64,000 bases of DNA from an uncultured delta proteobacterium. Its GTDB lineage: Bacteria > Desulfobacterota > Syntrophorhabdia > Syntrophorhabdales > WCHB1-27. The notes under the pieces were generated by a model. It did no database searches. It was not told where the DNA came from and was given only the letters and a program-made list of their open reading frames with translations. Positions 61,930-64,000 of this stretch are shown here, piece after piece (within the stretch, counting starts at the first letter, position 1; every line of letters begins with the position of its first letter). The stretch is taken from the NCBI GenBank assembly GCA_963821605.1, contig CAWGEZ010000059.1, positions 41,210 through 105,209 of the forward strand, given 5' to 3'. The translations under genes were made by a program, and so were the position numbers.

Positions 61930-62744
61930 ATGACACGGAAGCTTATCTACTCGGTTTCGTGGGCCCAAAGCCTTATCAGAGATGACGTGGAGGAGGTTGG
62001 TGAGGAGCTGAAGCATACAGACTTAATCCTTGTGCCGGTTGGTTCTACCGAGGAGCATGGTCCGCACATGCCGTTGGCCGCTGACACTATCCAGGGAGTG
62101 GAGGTTTCAAGAAGGGTCGTCTCCAGCCTTGCCATGGAAGGCATTCGTGCTGTGGCGGGCCCCGCTATCCCTTTCGGAGTCTCTTTACACCTGATGGATT
62201 TTCCCGGTACCGTCACATTGACGCCGGCTACCTTGGAGACGGTGATACGGGAGGTTTGCAGCAGTCTCATCAAGCACGGATTCCGCAAGATTGTGCTCCT
62301 GGTCTCTCACAACGAGAATGTGGGGGCTGTTTATGCTGCGTCTCAAGAAGTATCCCAACAGCCGGGTGTCAGAGCGATGGTTATCAACTGGGCCCCTCCC
62401 CTGAAGCAGCAGTACCCGAACTTCTGAAGTCCAAGAGCGGGGGGCATGGCGGCGAAGGCGAGACGGCGAGAGTTCTCGCCTGCATGCCGGAACTCGTTCG
62501 CATGGACAGAGCCCAGGCGTATATCCCGAAGAGCCGGGAAAAACTCGATGGAGACGAGCCTATAGATATGGGTGGCGGGGTCTTGGATCTTCCTCACGGC
62601 ATGAAAGAGGTAACGCCCATAGGTTGTATGGGTGACCCCACCGTTGCCACGGCCGAAACCGGTGAGAAGTGTTACGACTTCATCGTCAACTGGACCTGCC
62701 AGGTGATCAAAAGACACTTCGACTTTCCCGGAATATCGGGTTAG
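61930..62744 (+). CDS. creatininase-family amidohydrolase, copy 2; one frame switch near 62420
   Basis: GGAAAGGAGG then ATG 61930. ELKHTDLILVPVGSTEEHGPHMPLAADT, FGVSLHLMDFPGTVTL, then ORF 62256-62744: SGGHGGEGETARVLA, GCMGDPTVATAETGEK. Confidence 0.82.
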
Positions 62745-62757
62745 ATACAAGACCGGG

Positions 62758-64000
62758 CTACTCAGCGGTGTGTCTTTTCTCTCTTACGAGCGCCATGCAG
62801 AGCACGGCCAGCGCGGATGTACCGACCGAGAGTATGAAGATGGACCGGTAGCCGCCGGTGTAATCGAAAATCATCCCGCCCGCGAAGGCCCAGAAGCCGC
62901 CGCCCAGATGGTGAACGGTTGTGACGACGCTGGCCAGAAGACCCACGTGTGACAGCCCGAATAGCCTTACCATGAGAAGAGGATTAAGAGGCGCGGTGAT
63001 AAGGACCGTGAATCCTGCGGCAAGCGCGAAAGCGTAGATGGACGTCGCATCCGTCCGTTTCAATATCAGGAGAAAGATCAAAACGCGTAGCGCGAAGCTA
63101 AGAATGATGGGTATCCTGACGCCTATCATATCTGCCACGGGGCCTGCGATCAGTATGCCTGCCAGGCCCATCAACCCGAACCACGCCAGCATGTTGCTTG
63201 CAGTGACGGCAGAGACGCCGTGATCGGTCGCAAAGGGTATCAGATGGGTCGTAATGAAAAAATCATGGCTGCCGCAGATAAACATTACAATCATGAAAAG
63301 CCAGTAGGAGGGTGTTCGCAGGGCCTGTGAGAGGTTCATATCCTTGATCGGGGTCAAGGGTTGTGTTCGGTTCTTGCCTTTCTCGGTTTCTTTCAGCTCT
63401 TTCAGGCCAGGGGGTATAAGGCCGAAAGACTGAGGCCTGCCCTGTTTGATGATCAGGAGCGCCAGGGGTACGTTTACCACCAACGTGACGAGGCCCATGA
63501 GCACGTACGCAAGCCGCCATCCGTACCGTAACGCCAGATGAGAAAACGCGGGCACGAGAACAAACTGCCCCATGGAAAAGCCGGAGATGGCCAGGCTCAC
63601 AGCGAGCCCGCGCCGCTCGACAAACCACTTGCTGGTCATTGCCCCGAGGAGGGGGATGGATGTGCCGCCAAATCCGATCGCTACCAGCACTCCGTAAAAT
63701 AAGAAGAACTGCCACAGAGAAGTCATCAGTGATGTCAGGAACAATCCTATGGTGACGAACGACGTGCAGATAAGAATTACCCACTTCGGGCCGTGAGAGA
63801 TCATAGAGTTTGCCCACGGCCGAGGTTGAGAGCGCAAAGACGATCATGTTGATAAAAAATGCAAGGGAGACAGCACCCCGTCCCCAGCCAAACTCTGAAG
63901 CGATGGGTTTAAATACGACGCCGAAAGAAAAGACTACGCCGGAGTTCAAGAAGAGGATGAGGAATGAGGCACCTACAATGTACCATCCATAGTAGACGCC
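62758..64000 (-). CDS. MFS transporter (oxalate/formate-antiporter-like); 5' end beyond the window; one frame switch near 63805
   Basis: The frame is open at the right edge (GVYYGWYIVGASFLILFLNSGVVFSFGVVFKPIASEFGW). It continues in ORF 62758-63837 (GPKWVILICTSFVTIGL..., 10 or more hydrophobic helices). Confidence 0.8.

Overview
Moderately GC-rich chromosomal segment, probably from an anaerobic bacterium. The gene content suggests a Desulfobacterota or syntroph-like degrader of aromatic compounds, but that is inference only.

**Left part (0.3-13.9 kb): nitrogen-assimilation supercluster.** It holds two tandem ammonium transporters (the first one frame-broken), a PII protein, glutamine synthetase and a class I amidotransferase. 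Next comes an MvhD-MetV-MetF (methylene-THF reductase) module. The cluster ends with a split, archaeal-type glutamate synthase made of two tandem ferredoxin+FMN-domain paralogs, an Ntn amidotransferase and a GXGXG protein.

**Middle (14-25 kb).** An MFS transporter, an orphan Arch-type AAA ATPase flanked by homologous sequence remnants, a nitroreductase, an 868-aa fusion of a KaiC-like domain with a PEP/pyruvate-binding domain, gdhA, and a cytoplasmic GAF/PAS histidine kinase with a LuxR-type response regulator.

**Right part (25.5-64 kb): catabolic island.**
- Three paralogous xanthine-dehydrogenase-family (Mo / 2Fe-2S / FAD) gene sets. One has a 4-hydroxybenzoyl-CoA-reductase-type Fe-S loop. 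One is an intact 13-kb unit with two FAD-type subunits, CoxG, a MoaD-like GG protein, an aryl-acid CoA ligase and a LIV-type ABC importer. One is heavily frame-broken.
- TctCBA, a UbiD-family decarboxylase, and a cytoplasmic Mo-bisPGD oxidoreductase with its Fe-S subunit.
- A TRAP transporter, two creatininase-family genes, two orphan Bug/TctC-like binding proteins, a Tat-signal NMT1-like protein and a second MFS gene that runs off the right edge.

**Not found:** rRNA, tRNA, CRISPR array, intact transposase or phage genes.

**Frame interruptions.** There are dozens of reading-frame interruptions (my manual tally is roughly 60-70) and their density is very uneven. This looks more like indel-type consensus error than ancient decay, but the sequence alone cannot settle it.

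**No single obviously novel system stands out.** The best candidates are the intact TetR-controlled Mo-enzyme, ligase and importer unit (31.1-44.2 kb) and the MvhD-MetVF module embedded in the glutamine/glutamate-synthase cluster.
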